Source: an uncultured Actinomycetes bacterium (GTDB lineage: Bacteria > Actinomycetota > Acidimicrobiia > Spongiisociales > ZC4RG35). Taken from it: a stretch of 64,000 nt of DNA. Location of the stretch: positions 14,637-78,636 of the forward strand of contig CALKIG010000047.1 of NCBI GenBank assembly GCA_937989945.1, in the 5' to 3' direction. Below the pieces are notes generated by a model that saw only the letters and a list, made by a program, of their open reading frames with translations, was not told the DNA's origin and did not search any database. The translations under genes and the position numbers were made by a program. Below are positions 46,717 through 58,415 of this stretch, piece by piece (position 1 is the first letter of the stretch; every line of letters starts with the position of its first letter).

Positions 46717-46898
46717 TGGGACTCATCGATCCAATACTCTCAGAGATCCTCGTATGCCCGGCAGATCACGGCGAGCTGACCGAGGACGTCGCGGAGTCGC
46801 GCCTCATCTGTGATAGCTGTGGGCGCTCCTACCCGGTCAGGGAAGGGATCCCGGTGATGCTGCTCCCGAACAGCGAGGGGAGCTCCGACGATGACTGA
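46716..46898 (+). CDS. Trm112-like small zinc-finger protein (DUF343 family).
   Basis: LVCPADHGEL...CDSCGRSYPVREGIPVML. Its start overlaps the manB stop (TGATG). Confidence 0.55.
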   Translation: MGLIDPILSEILVCPADHGELTEDVAESRLICDSCGRSYPVREGIPVMLLPNSEGSSDDD

Positions 46899-47898
46899 CA
46901 TGCTGGAGATGATCCGGTCTTTGGGATCCCAGCTCCGTTGGGCCGCCGACGTCGAAATACCGGATGTGGCTCCGAATCTCGATTTCGTGGTGGCGGGTAT
47001 GGGTGGCTCCGGAATCGGCGGCGACTTCGCAGAGGCAATCTTCCACGACACTCCCGTCGGGATCTATGGGCACAAGGGGTACCCACCCTTGCCGGGATGG
47101 GTGGAGCGGGTGCGACCCACTCTCTTGGGCGTCAGCTATTCGGGGAACACCGAAGAAACCCTAGGAGTCGTCGACCACGCACACTCCGGCGGCCTCGACG
47201 TCGTCTCGGTCACGACCGGCGGGGCATTGCGATCGAGGAGCCACGACAACGGATGGCCGACGATCGAGGTGCCGGGCGGCCTCCAGCCGCGGGCGGCTCT
47301 CGGATACCTATTCGGGTCGGTGCTCCGGCTCATCGGAGAGGCTTCCGGCATCAGTGACTTCCGAAGAGACCTTCATGAGGCCGCCAACCTGGCAGATGAA
47401 GTCACCGCTGAGGGATCTGAGGGATGGGCCCGAGCAGAGCGCATCGCCGAGCAACTAGCCGGGAGAGTCGTTGTCGTATACGGCGGCGGTGCCCTCTCGG
47501 GAGCAGCGGCTCAGCGCTGGAAGACTCAGATCAACGAGAATGCGAAGGTGCCGGCGTGGTGGTCGGTCCTCCCCGAGCTCGATCACAACGAGATCGTGGG
47601 TTGGGAGACTCTCTCAGGTGTGACGAGCGAGAATGTAGGCATCGTTGGCCTGGTTGACGAAGGTGACCATGAGCGCGTGTTCGATCGCTATCGCCACACC
47701 AGACGTTTGACCGAGGAGGCAGTGCCCTGGGTTGACATCGTCGATTCGACCGGAAGCTCTGCGGTGGCCAGACTTATCGGGCTCACCGTCCTCGGAGATC
47801 TCGTGTCCTGGATGCTGGCGATGAACGCCGGAGTGGACCCCGTGCCGGTTGGGACCATCGAAGAATTGAAAGAACTACTAGTCGAGGAAGACAGATGA
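46891..47898 (+). CDS. SIS-domain bifunctional phosphoglucose/phosphomannose isomerase-like protein.
   Basis: Two SIS-like halves (GMGGSGIGGD; GGGALSGAA). It lies between manB and ahcY. Confidence 0.65.
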   Translation: MTDMLEMIRSLGSQLRWAADVEIPDVAPNLDFVVAGMGGSGIGGDFAEAIFHDTPVGIYGHKGYPPLPGWVERVRPTLLGVSYSGNTEETLGVVDHAHSGGLDVVSVTTGGALRSRSHDNGWPTIEVPGGLQPRAALGYLFGSVLRLIGEASGISDFRRDLHEAANLADEVTAEGSEGWARAERIAEQLAGRVVVVYGGGALSGAAAQRWKTQINENAKVPAWWSVLPELDHNEIVGWETLSGVTSENVGIVGLVDEGDHERVFDRYRHTRRLTEEAVPWVDIVDSTGSSAVARLIGLTVLGDLVSWMLAMNAGVDPVPVGTIEELKELLVEEDR

Positions 47899-49142
47899 AC
47901 TACGACATTGCCGAACCCGCGCTCGCCGAGGCCGGTGCGCGCCGGATCGCCTGGGCCGGACGACGAATGCAGGTGCTGGCAACCATTCGAGAACGGTTCG
48001 AGAAGGAGAAGCCGCTGGACGGCACCGTCGTCGCAGCATGCCTGCATGTGACGGCGGAGACGGCGAATTTGATGCTTGCCTTGCGTGACGGGGGAGCGGA
48101 GCCGATTCTCTGCGCCTCCAACCCCCTCTCGACCCAGGACGACGTGGCTGCAGCGCTGGTGGCCGAGGGGATATCGGTATTTGCGATCCGCGGGATCGAC
48201 AACGACGGCTACTACAAGCACATCAACGCAGCTCTGGATCATGCTCCCGCCATAACAATGGACGACGGTGCCGACCTGGCGACTCTCCTTCACACGGAAC
48301 GGCGTGACCTCGAAGTGATCGGCTCCACGGAGGAGACGACAACCGGGGTGATTCGCCTCCGGGCGATGGCCGCTGACGGCACCCTCCGCGTTCCCGTCGT
48401 GGCCGTGAACGATTCTGCGACCAAGCACCTCTTCGACAATCGTTACGGCACGGGCCAATCGGTGATGGACGGTCTGCTCCGAGCGTCGAACATCTTGATA
48501 GCCGGTCAGAACGTTGTCGTCATCGGCTATGGCGACTGTGGGCGCGGTGTCGCCGACCGTGCCGACGGTTTGGGGGCACACGTAATCGTGGTGGAAGTCG
48601 ACCCGGTGCGTGCCCTCTCCGCGGCCATGGACGGATACCGGGTGCTGACCGCTGCCGACGCCGCTCGTGCTGGCGATGTCTTCGTCACCGTGACCGGAAA
48701 CAAGCATGTGCTCCGCCAAGAGCACTTCGACGTGATGAAGGACGGGGTGCTGCTCGCCAATGCCGGCCACTTCGACGTCGAGATCGACTTGCCGAGTCTT
48801 CGCTCTGCGGCAGTGGAGAGACGTCAGGTCCGCGACAACCTGGAGGAGTTCGAGATGTCCGACGGGCGTCGCATCCTCCTCGCGGCCGAGGGACGACTCG
48901 TCAATCTGGGTGCGGCGGAAGGCCACCCTGCCGATGTGATGGACATGTCGTTCTCCAATCAGGCTCTGGCTGCCGAGCATCTCAAGAAGAACGAGGGGAA
49001 GTTGGAGATCGCCATCCACACGCTCCCGCCCGAGATCGACGATGAGGTCGCCTCCATCAAACTTCAGAGCCTGGGTGGTGGCCTCGAGACGCTCACACAG
49101 TCTCAGCGTGACTATCTGAGCGGCTGGCAAGAGGGCACCTGA
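47895..49142 (+). CDS. ahcY: Adenosylhomocysteinase.
   Basis: S-adenosyl-L-homocysteine hydrolase family. An NAD-binding domain is present, at the expected length. Confidence 0.9.
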   Translation: MNYDIAEPALAEAGARRIAWAGRRMQVLATIRERFEKEKPLDGTVVAACLHVTAETANLMLALRDGGAEPILCASNPLSTQDDVAAALVAEGISVFAIRGIDNDGYYKHINAALDHAPAITMDDGADLATLLHTERRDLEVIGSTEETTTGVIRLRAMAADGTLRVPVVAVNDSATKHLFDNRYGTGQSVMDGLLRASNILIAGQNVVVIGYGDCGRGVADRADGLGAHVIVVEVDPVRALSAAMDGYRVLTAADAARAGDVFVTVTGNKHVLRQEHFDVMKDGVLLANAGHFDVEIDLPSLRSAAVERRQVRDNLEEFEMSDGRRILLAAEGRLVNLGAAEGHPADVMDMSFSNQALAAEHLKKNEGKLEIAIHTLPPEIDDEVASIKLQSLGGGLETLTQSQRDYLSGWQEGT

Positions 49143-49175
49143 TCTTCTCTCCGTAGCGAGCCAACATCAATCCAT

Positions 49176-49859
49176 GTGGGTCGACCAGTAGGTCGGTTCC
49201 TTCTGCTCCTATTACCCCGTACGTTCGAGGACGTGATCTGCCAGGGATGTTTCCGGGCCTCGGCGCGGCCGCTCTGCAAGGCGTGTTTCGCCGACCTCAG
49301 GCCTGCACCCGATCGGTTACTCGGCGGCAGAGTCCGCGCCATTGCAGCCTTCGACCACACCGGTGTTGCCGCGAGCTTGATGCACGGCATGAAGTATCGG
49401 GGGCTGCGGACGATTCTCGACCTGGCAATTCCCCTGGTTGCTGCCCGGTTGGAGCCGGGGCTCACTTTCGTATCGGTTCCCCGGGTGTGGTCGCGGTATC
49501 TGCGCTATGGGATAGATCCGGCAGAAGAGACCGCTCGGTCGCTAGCTGCGGCCACATCGGGCCGGGTGGCCCGGCTGATCAAGCGTCCGATACACGCCTC
49601 GAGGCGGGCCGGGGCGGAGCGGCGTCCTGGGCCGGGGCGTTTCCACGCACGATCAGGGCTTCAGGGTTCCTATGTCATTGTCGATGATGTACTGACAACG
49701 GGTGCAACCGTCATTGCGGCGATGCAAGCCCTGCTACCAGGTAGAACGGCGATGGTCGTGACAGTGACGTCGGCCAGACAGGTGTCTAGTCTGTTTATGC
49801 GTGGTGCGGGTGGTCACAATGAGCACTCGAGAAGCGACCTTTCTGGAGATGGTGGATGA
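49176..49859 (+). CDS. ComF-family phosphoribosyltransferase-domain protein.
   Basis: N-terminal Zn-finger CQGC...CKAC and a C-terminal PRTase motif VIVDDVLTTGAT. Confidence 0.65.
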   Translation: MGRPVGRFLLLLLPRTFEDVICQGCFRASARPLCKACFADLRPAPDRLLGGRVRAIAAFDHTGVAASLMHGMKYRGLRTILDLAIPLVAARLEPGLTFVSVPRVWSRYLRYGIDPAEETARSLAAATSGRVARLIKRPIHASRRAGAERRPGPGRFHARSGLQGSYVIVDDVLTTGATVIAAMQALLPGRTAMVVTVTSARQVSSLFMRGAGGHNEHSRSDLSGDGG

Positions 49860-50506
49860 ATACGGTCCTGATAGTCGATGACGCTGAGCTGTTCAGGGAG
49901 GCTCTGCGTGTCGCCTTCGAGGGCGAGGGCTTCGAGGTAGTTGGAGCGGCCGGTGGTGCCATGCAGGGGATAGACCTTGCACGTGAGCATCAACCCGACC
50001 TCGTGATGCTCGATGTTCTCATGCCGGGGATGTCGGGTCTCGAGGTCGTCGGTTCGATAGTCAAGGCAAGTCCAACCTCGAAAGTGGTGCTTCTCACATC
50101 GAGCGAATCTGCCGATGATCTTCTCGAGGCAGTACGGGTGGGAGCCGCCGGCTACATGACCAAAGACACCCCCCTCCCACGGCTCGTTGACGCCATGAGG
50201 GATGTGTTGAACGGGGGCGCCGCTGTGAGCCCTGCCATGAGTGGAAAGCTCTTCTCGGCGACGCGTGACCTACTGCGTCACCACGGTGCAGCGATGGCGC
50301 GCCGGCCCGAGCTGACGGGTCGCGAGTTGGAAGTTCTCTCTCTGGTCTCTGACGGGAACACTTCGAAGGAGATCGCCGACAAGCTCTACATCTCCGAGAA
50401 CACAGTCCGGAACCACGTGCGCAACATTCTCGACAAACTCGGAATGAAGTCGAGGTTCGAGGCGGTTGGATGGGCCCAGCGGGAGGGGCTGCTCAAGAAC
50501 CGCTGA
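49856..50506 (+). CDS. Two-component response regulator of the NarL/FixJ (LuxR HTH) family.
   Basis: REC domain (LIVDDAELFRE...PDLVMLDVLMPGMSG) and a LuxR HTH (TGRELEVLSLVSDGNTSKEIA). No sensor kinase is adjacent. Confidence 0.85.
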   Translation: MNTVLIVDDAELFREALRVAFEGEGFEVVGAAGGAMQGIDLAREHQPDLVMLDVLMPGMSGLEVVGSIVKASPTSKVVLLTSSESADDLLEAVRVGAAGYMTKDTPLPRLVDAMRDVLNGGAAVSPAMSGKLFSATRDLLRHHGAAMARRPELTGRELEVLSLVSDGNTSKEIADKLYISENTVRNHVRNILDKLGMKSRFEAVGWAQREGLLKNR

Positions 50507-50580
50507 CCTGGCCGCGACAGTGGTCTGGAAATCACGTCCGGTATGGGTGTAATTAGGTATGCCAGTACCATGGAGTCTCA

Positions 50581-53199
<2,619 letters not shown>

Positions 53200-53217
53200 C
53201 TCGTCTCCCGTGTCGCT

Positions 53218-54342
53218 ATGACCGTCGAAATCACAGATCCCAAGGCGTTCGTCTCGGAGCTGCGCAAAAGGCTCCAGGATGCCCGCGGCTTTCTCGATCT
53301 CGACACGAAGGCCGCTGAGCTCGACGAGCTGCGGGAGCAGGCAGGATCGCCAGACCTCTGGGATGATCCGGATCGCGCCCGCCATGTGTCGCAGCGCCTG
53401 GCACGCTACGAGTCACTGTTCGAGAAAGTCGATCGTCTCGGCTCGGCGATCGATGACGCCGAGGTTTTGCTCGAGCTGGCCAACGAGGTGGGAGACGAGG
53501 ACTCACGGAACGAGGCCCTCGACCAGCTTGCCGAGGTGTCGGGGGATCTCGACGGGCTCGAGCTCGAGTCGCTCTTCTTCGACGAGTACGACGACGCAGA
53601 CGCAATCCTCAGCGTCCATGCCGGCGCCGGCGGAGTCGATGCTCAGGACTGGGCTGAGATCCTTGCCAGGATGTATCAGAGGTTTCTCTCAGGGTCCGGA
53701 TTCCAGGTCACGGTGGAAGAGGTGACCGAAGGGGAAGAGGCGGGGATCAAGTCTGCGACTCTGTCAGTGAAGGGCGATCGTGCTTACGGGACGCTGGAGT
53801 CTGAGCGCGGGGTTCACCGGCTCGTAAGGATCAGCCCGTTCGACGCGAATGCACGTCGCCAAACATCGTTTGCGGGGGTTGACGTGGTGCCGGACCTCGG
53901 CGACGAGGCCGACGTGGAGATAAGTGATGAAGACTTGCGTGTCGACACGTACCGGTCTCAGGGCGCCGGTGGACAACATGTCAACACCACCGACTCGGCC
54001 GTGCGAATCACACACATCCCGACCGGCATCGTGGTGCAGTGCCAAAACGAGCGGTCCCAGCTCCAGAACAAGGCGCGTGCCATGGCGATGCTCCAGTCCA
54101 AGCTCGCGGAGAGGCAGCGACTCGAACGGCTGGCTCATCTCGAAGAGATCCGTGGAGACCAGGGTGAGGCCGCGTGGGGACGTCAGATCCGCAGCTACGT
54201 GATGCAGCCCTATCAGATGGTCAAGGACCTACGCACCGATCACGAAGTAGGGAATATCCAGGGCGTGCTCGATGGCGATGTCATGCCGTTCGTCGAGTCG
54301 TATCTGCGCTGGCGAAGAGCCCGTCATGAGGCGTCTGAATAA
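53218..54342 (+). CDS. prfB: Peptide chain release factor 2, a contiguous ORF.
   Basis: SPF and GGQ motifs (SQGAGGQHVNTTDSAVRITH). There is no internal frameshift site. Confidence 0.9.
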   Translation: MTVEITDPKAFVSELRKRLQDARGFLDLDTKAAELDELREQAGSPDLWDDPDRARHVSQRLARYESLFEKVDRLGSAIDDAEVLLELANEVGDEDSRNEALDQLAEVSGDLDGLELESLFFDEYDDADAILSVHAGAGGVDAQDWAEILARMYQRFLSGSGFQVTVEEVTEGEEAGIKSATLSVKGDRAYGTLESERGVHRLVRISPFDANARRQTSFAGVDVVPDLGDEADVEISDEDLRVDTYRSQGAGGQHVNTTDSAVRITHIPTGIVVQCQNERSQLQNKARAMAMLQSKLAERQRLERLAHLEEIRGDQGEAAWGRQIRSYVMQPYQMVKDLRTDHEVGNIQGVLDGDVMPFVESYLRWRRARHEASE

Positions 54343-54356
54343 TTCCAGTTAGCGGT

Positions 54357-54383
54357 CTGATCGCGATTAGCGTTCCCGATCAG
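54357..54383 (+). terminator. Candidate hairpin downstream of prfB.
   Basis: CTGATCG-13 nt-CGATCAG, a 7-bp stem with no obvious U-tract. Confidence 0.25.
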
Positions 54384-54430
54384 GTCCGCGGATACGAATA
54401 TGGCTTCTGCGAGACTTTCCCCCTGATCTT

Positions 54431-55123
54431 ATGATCCGACTCGAAAACGTTACGAAGGTCTACGAGGGCGGCACCATCGCTGCCAACGACGTCACTCTGG
54501 AGATCCAGAAGGGCGAATTCGTGTTCCTCGTCGGAGCCTCCGGATCGGGCAAGTCGACTCTCATTCGTCTGATGCTGCGCGACGAGCCGGTGACACGTGG
54601 GCGAATCTGGGTTGCGGGAAAGGACATCACGACACTCCCGAAATGGAAGATCCCCTACCTGAGAAGAAGTGTTGGAACGGTTTTCCAGGACTACAAGCTC
54701 CTCCCCAACAAGACGGTCTCGGAGAACGTGGCTTTCGCCCTCGAGGTGCTGGGACGCCCCTCTTCAGCCATCAAGCCCCAGGTCGAGCAGGTCCTGGACC
54801 TCGTCGGCCTGAGCGACAAGGGTGATCGCTATCCCCGTCAGCTGTCGGGTGGGGAGCAACAGAGAGTGTCGGTCGCCCGCGCATTCGTGAATCGCCCGCC
54901 GATCATGCTGTGTGACGAGCCCACCGGGAACCTCGATCCGAAGACATCGGTCGGCATCATGAAGCTTCTCGATCGCATCAATCGAACCGGGACGACCATC
55001 GTCATGGCCACTCACGACCACGCCATCGTCGATGCGATGAAACGAAGGGTTGTGGCCCTGGAGGAAGGCTTGGTCACCCGGGACGAGCTTGCGGCGGGAT
55101 ATGAGCAGAGGGTCCCGGAGTGA
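54431..55123 (+). CDS. ftsE: Cell-division ABC ATPase FtsE.
   Basis: Walker A GASGSGKST, signature LSGGEQQR. It is coupled to ftsX. Confidence 0.9.
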   Translation: MIRLENVTKVYEGGTIAANDVTLEIQKGEFVFLVGASGSGKSTLIRLMLRDEPVTRGRIWVAGKDITTLPKWKIPYLRRSVGTVFQDYKLLPNKTVSENVAFALEVLGRPSSAIKPQVEQVLDLVGLSDKGDRYPRQLSGGEQQRVSVARAFVNRPPIMLCDEPTGNLDPKTSVGIMKLLDRINRTGTTIVMATHDHAIVDAMKRRVVALEEGLVTRDELAAGYEQRVPE

Positions 55124-56043
55124 GCCGCTTCTTCTTCCTGGTCAAAGAGGCCCTCACCAACCTGAGGCGAAACGCCTTGGTGGTCGCCGGCGCCGTGTTG
55201 GCAGTGTTCATCAGTCTCTCGCTTGCTTTCGGCGCACTCGTCGTGAACGAGGTTCTTCGCGTCAACACGATTGCCTGGCAAGACGGCGTCCATGTGATCG
55301 CCTTCCTCAACGACGAAGGGACTGCAGGCGTCCCTCCCGGATCACATCAAACGCTGATCGGAGCCGTCGAGACATGGGATGAGGTCGAGAGGGTCGACTA
55401 CTACGACAAGAACGATGCCTGGATCGAATACCAGCAGATCTTTGAAGGTCAGGATGATCTCCTCGATATCGATCCGACGATCTTGCCGGCATCTGTTCGC
55501 ATCGAGCTCGTGGAGATCGAGTTTCACCAGTCGGTCCAATTCCGGCTGGAGCAGCAGACGCCCGTCGTGAGGCAGGTGAACACGGCAGCCGAAGAGATCG
55601 AGCAGCTCGAGAACCTGTCGAGTGTCCTCAACGTCCTCGGCTTGGGAATGGCGATCGTCCTGGGTATGTCGGCTGTCGTCCTGATCGCCAACACGATTCG
55701 GCTCGCGATCTATGCGCGCCGTGACGAAGTCGCTGTCATGAAACTGGTGGGAGCGTCCAACTGGTTCATCCGTGTTCCGTTCCTTCTCGAGGGGATGATC
55801 GAAGGGATGTTGGGCGCTGCACTCGCTGTCTTCACGGTCTGGCTTGGGTCGTCACGCCTTGCCGAGGCCACGCAGAGCTTTGCTCTGTTCCGATTGGATG
55901 TCGCAAATCAGTTCTTCTTCCGCTGGGGCTTGTTGTTCCTGCTCTTCGGAGCAGCCGCTGGTGTCATCGGCTCGCTTCTCGGATTGAGCCGCTACCTGCG
56001 TGACGCCGAAGGCGTAGGAGAAGACGTTCCGGCGGGGGTCTGA
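55120..56043 (+). CDS. ftsX: Cell-division permease-like protein FtsX.
   Basis: N-terminal TM segment, a periplasmic domain and three C-terminal TM helices. It directly follows ftsE. Confidence 0.85.
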   Translation: MSRFFFLVKEALTNLRRNALVVAGAVLAVFISLSLAFGALVVNEVLRVNTIAWQDGVHVIAFLNDEGTAGVPPGSHQTLIGAVETWDEVERVDYYDKNDAWIEYQQIFEGQDDLLDIDPTILPASVRIELVEIEFHQSVQFRLEQQTPVVRQVNTAAEEIEQLENLSSVLNVLGLGMAIVLGMSAVVLIANTIRLAIYARRDEVAVMKLVGASNWFIRVPFLLEGMIEGMLGAALAVFTVWLGSSRLAEATQSFALFRLDVANQFFFRWGLLFLLFGAAAGVIGSLLGLSRYLRDAEGVGEDVPAGV

Positions 56044-56045
56044 CG

Positions 56046-56519
56046 GTGGCCAAATCTGGCGGCACCGAGAAGGTCAAGGTCGTCGCCACCAACCGGAAAG
56101 CACGCCGCAACTACACGGTCGTCGACACGCTCGAGGCGGGGCTCTCTCTCGTCGGATCCGAAGTCAAGTCCCTCCGTGAGGGGCGGGTCGATCTCAAAGA
56201 CTCATATGCACATGTCGACCGGGGGGAGGTCTTCCTACTCGGCTGCTACATCGGACCGTATGAGTTCGCTCGTGAAGGCGGCCACGATCCGGAGCGGGAG
56301 CGCAAGCTCCTCCTTCATCGGCGGGAAATCGACCGTGTGGCGGGTCAGGTGGCGGAGAAAGGCCTGACGCTCATCCCGCTGCAGATCTATTTCAAGAATG
56401 GCAAGGCCAAGGTCGAGTTGGGCGTGGCCAAAGGTCGAAGCACCGTGGACAAGCGTCAGGTGATGAAGGATCGGGAACACGAGCGAGAAATCCAGCGTTC
56501 ACTGGGTAGGCGGCGCTGA
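56046..56519 (+). CDS. smpB: SsrA-binding protein SmpB.
   Basis: N-terminal SmpB motif (NRKARRNYTV...GSEVKSLR) and a C-terminal basic tail. Confidence 0.9.
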   Translation: MAKSGGTEKVKVVATNRKARRNYTVVDTLEAGLSLVGSEVKSLREGRVDLKDSYAHVDRGEVFLLGCYIGPYEFAREGGHDPERERKLLLHRREIDRVAGQVAEKGLTLIPLQIYFKNGKAKVELGVAKGRSTVDKRQVMKDREHEREIQRSLGRRR

Positions 56520-56533
56520 ACGCCCGCTGTACT

Positions 56534-56561
56534 TCGCAACGCGGTGCAATTACCGTATAGG
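56534..56561 (+). promoter_or_regulatory. Candidate sigma-70-type promoter for the tmRNA.
   Basis: TTCGCA, a 16-nt spacer, then TATAGG. It ends about 13 nt upstream of the mature tmRNA 5' end. Confidence 0.3.
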
Positions 56562-56573
56562 TACAACCCTTTT

Positions 56574-56924
56574 GGGGGTGAAACGGTTTCGACGTTGAGT
56601 GTTGATGCGTTGGAAGCGAGCCGAGGTCTCCGGGGCCTCGTTAACAAACCGGAAAAACCAATAAGTGCCGAAGACAATTTCGCACTGGCTGCTTAATTAA
56701 GTAGCTCGTCCGCCCGGTCGGCTCCCGCACGATCGGGGTCGGGCGTCGTTTAGCGGGATGCGTCGCACAGGGTCCGGGACTGTGCGGCAAAGATCAAGTC
56801 CGGATAGGTGCAGGAGAACTTGTTGTCAGAGTTCCTGTTCCCGAAAGCTCGCTGACAACTGCGCTCGGAGATGCCAACGCAGATGGCTCAGCGGACCGGG
56901 GTTCGACTCCCCGCACCTCCACCA
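56574..56924 (+). ncRNA. ssrA: Transfer-messenger RNA (tmRNA, SsrA).
   Basis: The 5' GGGGGUG pairs with the 3' CACCUCC-ACCA to form an acceptor stem with the G3-U70 alanine identity pair. A T-arm GGGGTTCGACTCCCC is present. An internal tag ORF at 56667-56696 encodes AEDNFALAA followed by a stop, with the expected ALAA ending. The gene directly follows smpB. Confidence 0.85.
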
Positions 56925-56927
56925 ATC

Positions 56928-57848
56928 ATGCAAGACACCCCTCTCCCCACGGAAGAGCAATTGGTGCGCGTTCGCGAAGCGATAGGCGCCAACTCTCTGC
57001 TGCACTCCGAGCGAATGACTGGAGGGCTCGGCTGCACAATGGACCTTCTCTCCGAACCAGGCGGAAGGCTGGTGCTCCGCCGTTACGGTCCCTGGTATGC
57101 CGAGCGAGGAGAGGACGCTGCCGCAAGGGAGATGCGTGCCCTCGAACTGCTACAACGGGCCAACATCCCTGCGCCGGCACCTATCTGGATCGACCGGGAC
57201 GGCGTTTTCGATGAGCAGGCGATTGTCATCTCCTACGTCGACGGCAAGCCCGACCTCACTCCTTCCAACCCGTTCGATTGGGCTGAGCGCCTCGCTCTGA
57301 CGCTGATCAAGATCCACGAGGTCAGGCTCAGTGACGAGGATCGTGATCTCTTCAAGCCCGGGGCCGGCGAAGACATCGAAAAGATCACGCAGAACCCGGA
57401 GCTGGTCCTGCAGCACCCGCTGGGCGAGCGCCTGCTCCGTCGCCGCGTCGCGCTCGGCCAGGAGTTCTCAGAGTCCGCTTCTGTGTTCAGCCATACCGAC
57501 TATTGGCCGGGAAACACGCTGTGGAGCGACGGCGACTTGAATGCTGTTATCGATTGGGAGTCGCCGGGCACTTCTTCCCGTGCGATGGATGTGGCCTATT
57601 GCTCGATGGATATTCGCTACTTGGGTCTCGATAAGATCGCGGATCGCTTCATCGCCACTTATCGGGAAGCCAGTGGCGAGGACCTGAAAGACCTGGTGCA
57701 CTGGGAATCGGTCGCGTTGTGCCGGCCTATGCCTGACATCGCCGAATGGGTCCCGGCATGGAACGCATTCGGACGCAACATCACGGTGGACGACGCCCGC
57801 TCCCGATACACAGAGGTCCTCGAGGAGTTTCTTGAACGCACCGGCTGA
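56928..57848 (+). CDS. Aminoglycoside-phosphotransferase (APH)/choline-kinase-like small-molecule kinase family protein.
   Basis: Brenner motif HTDYWPGNTLW and the Mg-binding IDWES motif. It starts 4 nt after the tmRNA 3' end. Confidence 0.7.
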   Translation: MQDTPLPTEEQLVRVREAIGANSLLHSERMTGGLGCTMDLLSEPGGRLVLRRYGPWYAERGEDAAAREMRALELLQRANIPAPAPIWIDRDGVFDEQAIVISYVDGKPDLTPSNPFDWAERLALTLIKIHEVRLSDEDRDLFKPGAGEDIEKITQNPELVLQHPLGERLLRRRVALGQEFSESASVFSHTDYWPGNTLWSDGDLNAVIDWESPGTSSRAMDVAYCSMDIRYLGLDKIADRFIATYREASGEDLKDLVHWESVALCRPMPDIAEWVPAWNAFGRNITVDDARSRYTEVLEEFLERTG

Positions 57849-58326
57849 GCACATCGTGGTCTTGGGCCAGATGGGTGTGGGCAAGACCACGGTGGGAAGT
57901 CTGCTAGCCGCGGCTCTCGGTCGCAGCTTCTTCGACTCCGATGAGCAAATCGAGGCGATGACCGGATCGAGTGGCCGCGAGGTTGCTGAGGCCGAAGGGG
58001 TGGGCCGGTTGCACGAGTTGGAGCTAGACGCACTGCTTCGCGCTCTACAGACCAGTGAAGATTCGGTGGTGGCGGCCGCAGCTTCGGTGGTCGACTTCGA
58101 AGAGGGTCGACACGCGCTTGCCGACGTCCTTTGCATTTGGGTCGATCGTGACGCCAGCGGGATAGGTGAAAGCGAACACCGCCGCATCGTTGGTGAGGGG
58201 GAGGAATTGGGGAGAAGGCGTCCGCTGTTCGAGAGGTTGGCGGACTGCACCCTTTCCGGCCCGGGTGGACCGGAAGAATACGTAGCGAGAGCTCTTGCCT
58301 TTTTGGAGGAGCGACAAGGCGCCTGA
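57832..58326 (+). CDS. Shikimate-kinase-like P-loop kinase (AroK/GntK fold).
   Basis: P-loop GQMGVGKTT followed by DSD, 164 aa. It overlaps the upstream APH-like gene by 17 nt. Confidence 0.6.
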   Translation: MNAPAEHIVVLGQMGVGKTTVGSLLAAALGRSFFDSDEQIEAMTGSSGREVAEAEGVGRLHELELDALLRALQTSEDSVVAAAASVVDFEEGRHALADVLCIWVDRDASGIGESEHRRIVGEGEELGRRRPLFERLADCTLSGPGGPEEYVARALAFLEERQGA

Positions 58327-58415
58327 GCATCCAGATGTTTGTCACTCGGTCGCTACGGGTACGCCCCCATTAGCGTGGGGACTACCCCCTGCGCTCAATA
58401 CGAGGTGATTTCGAA

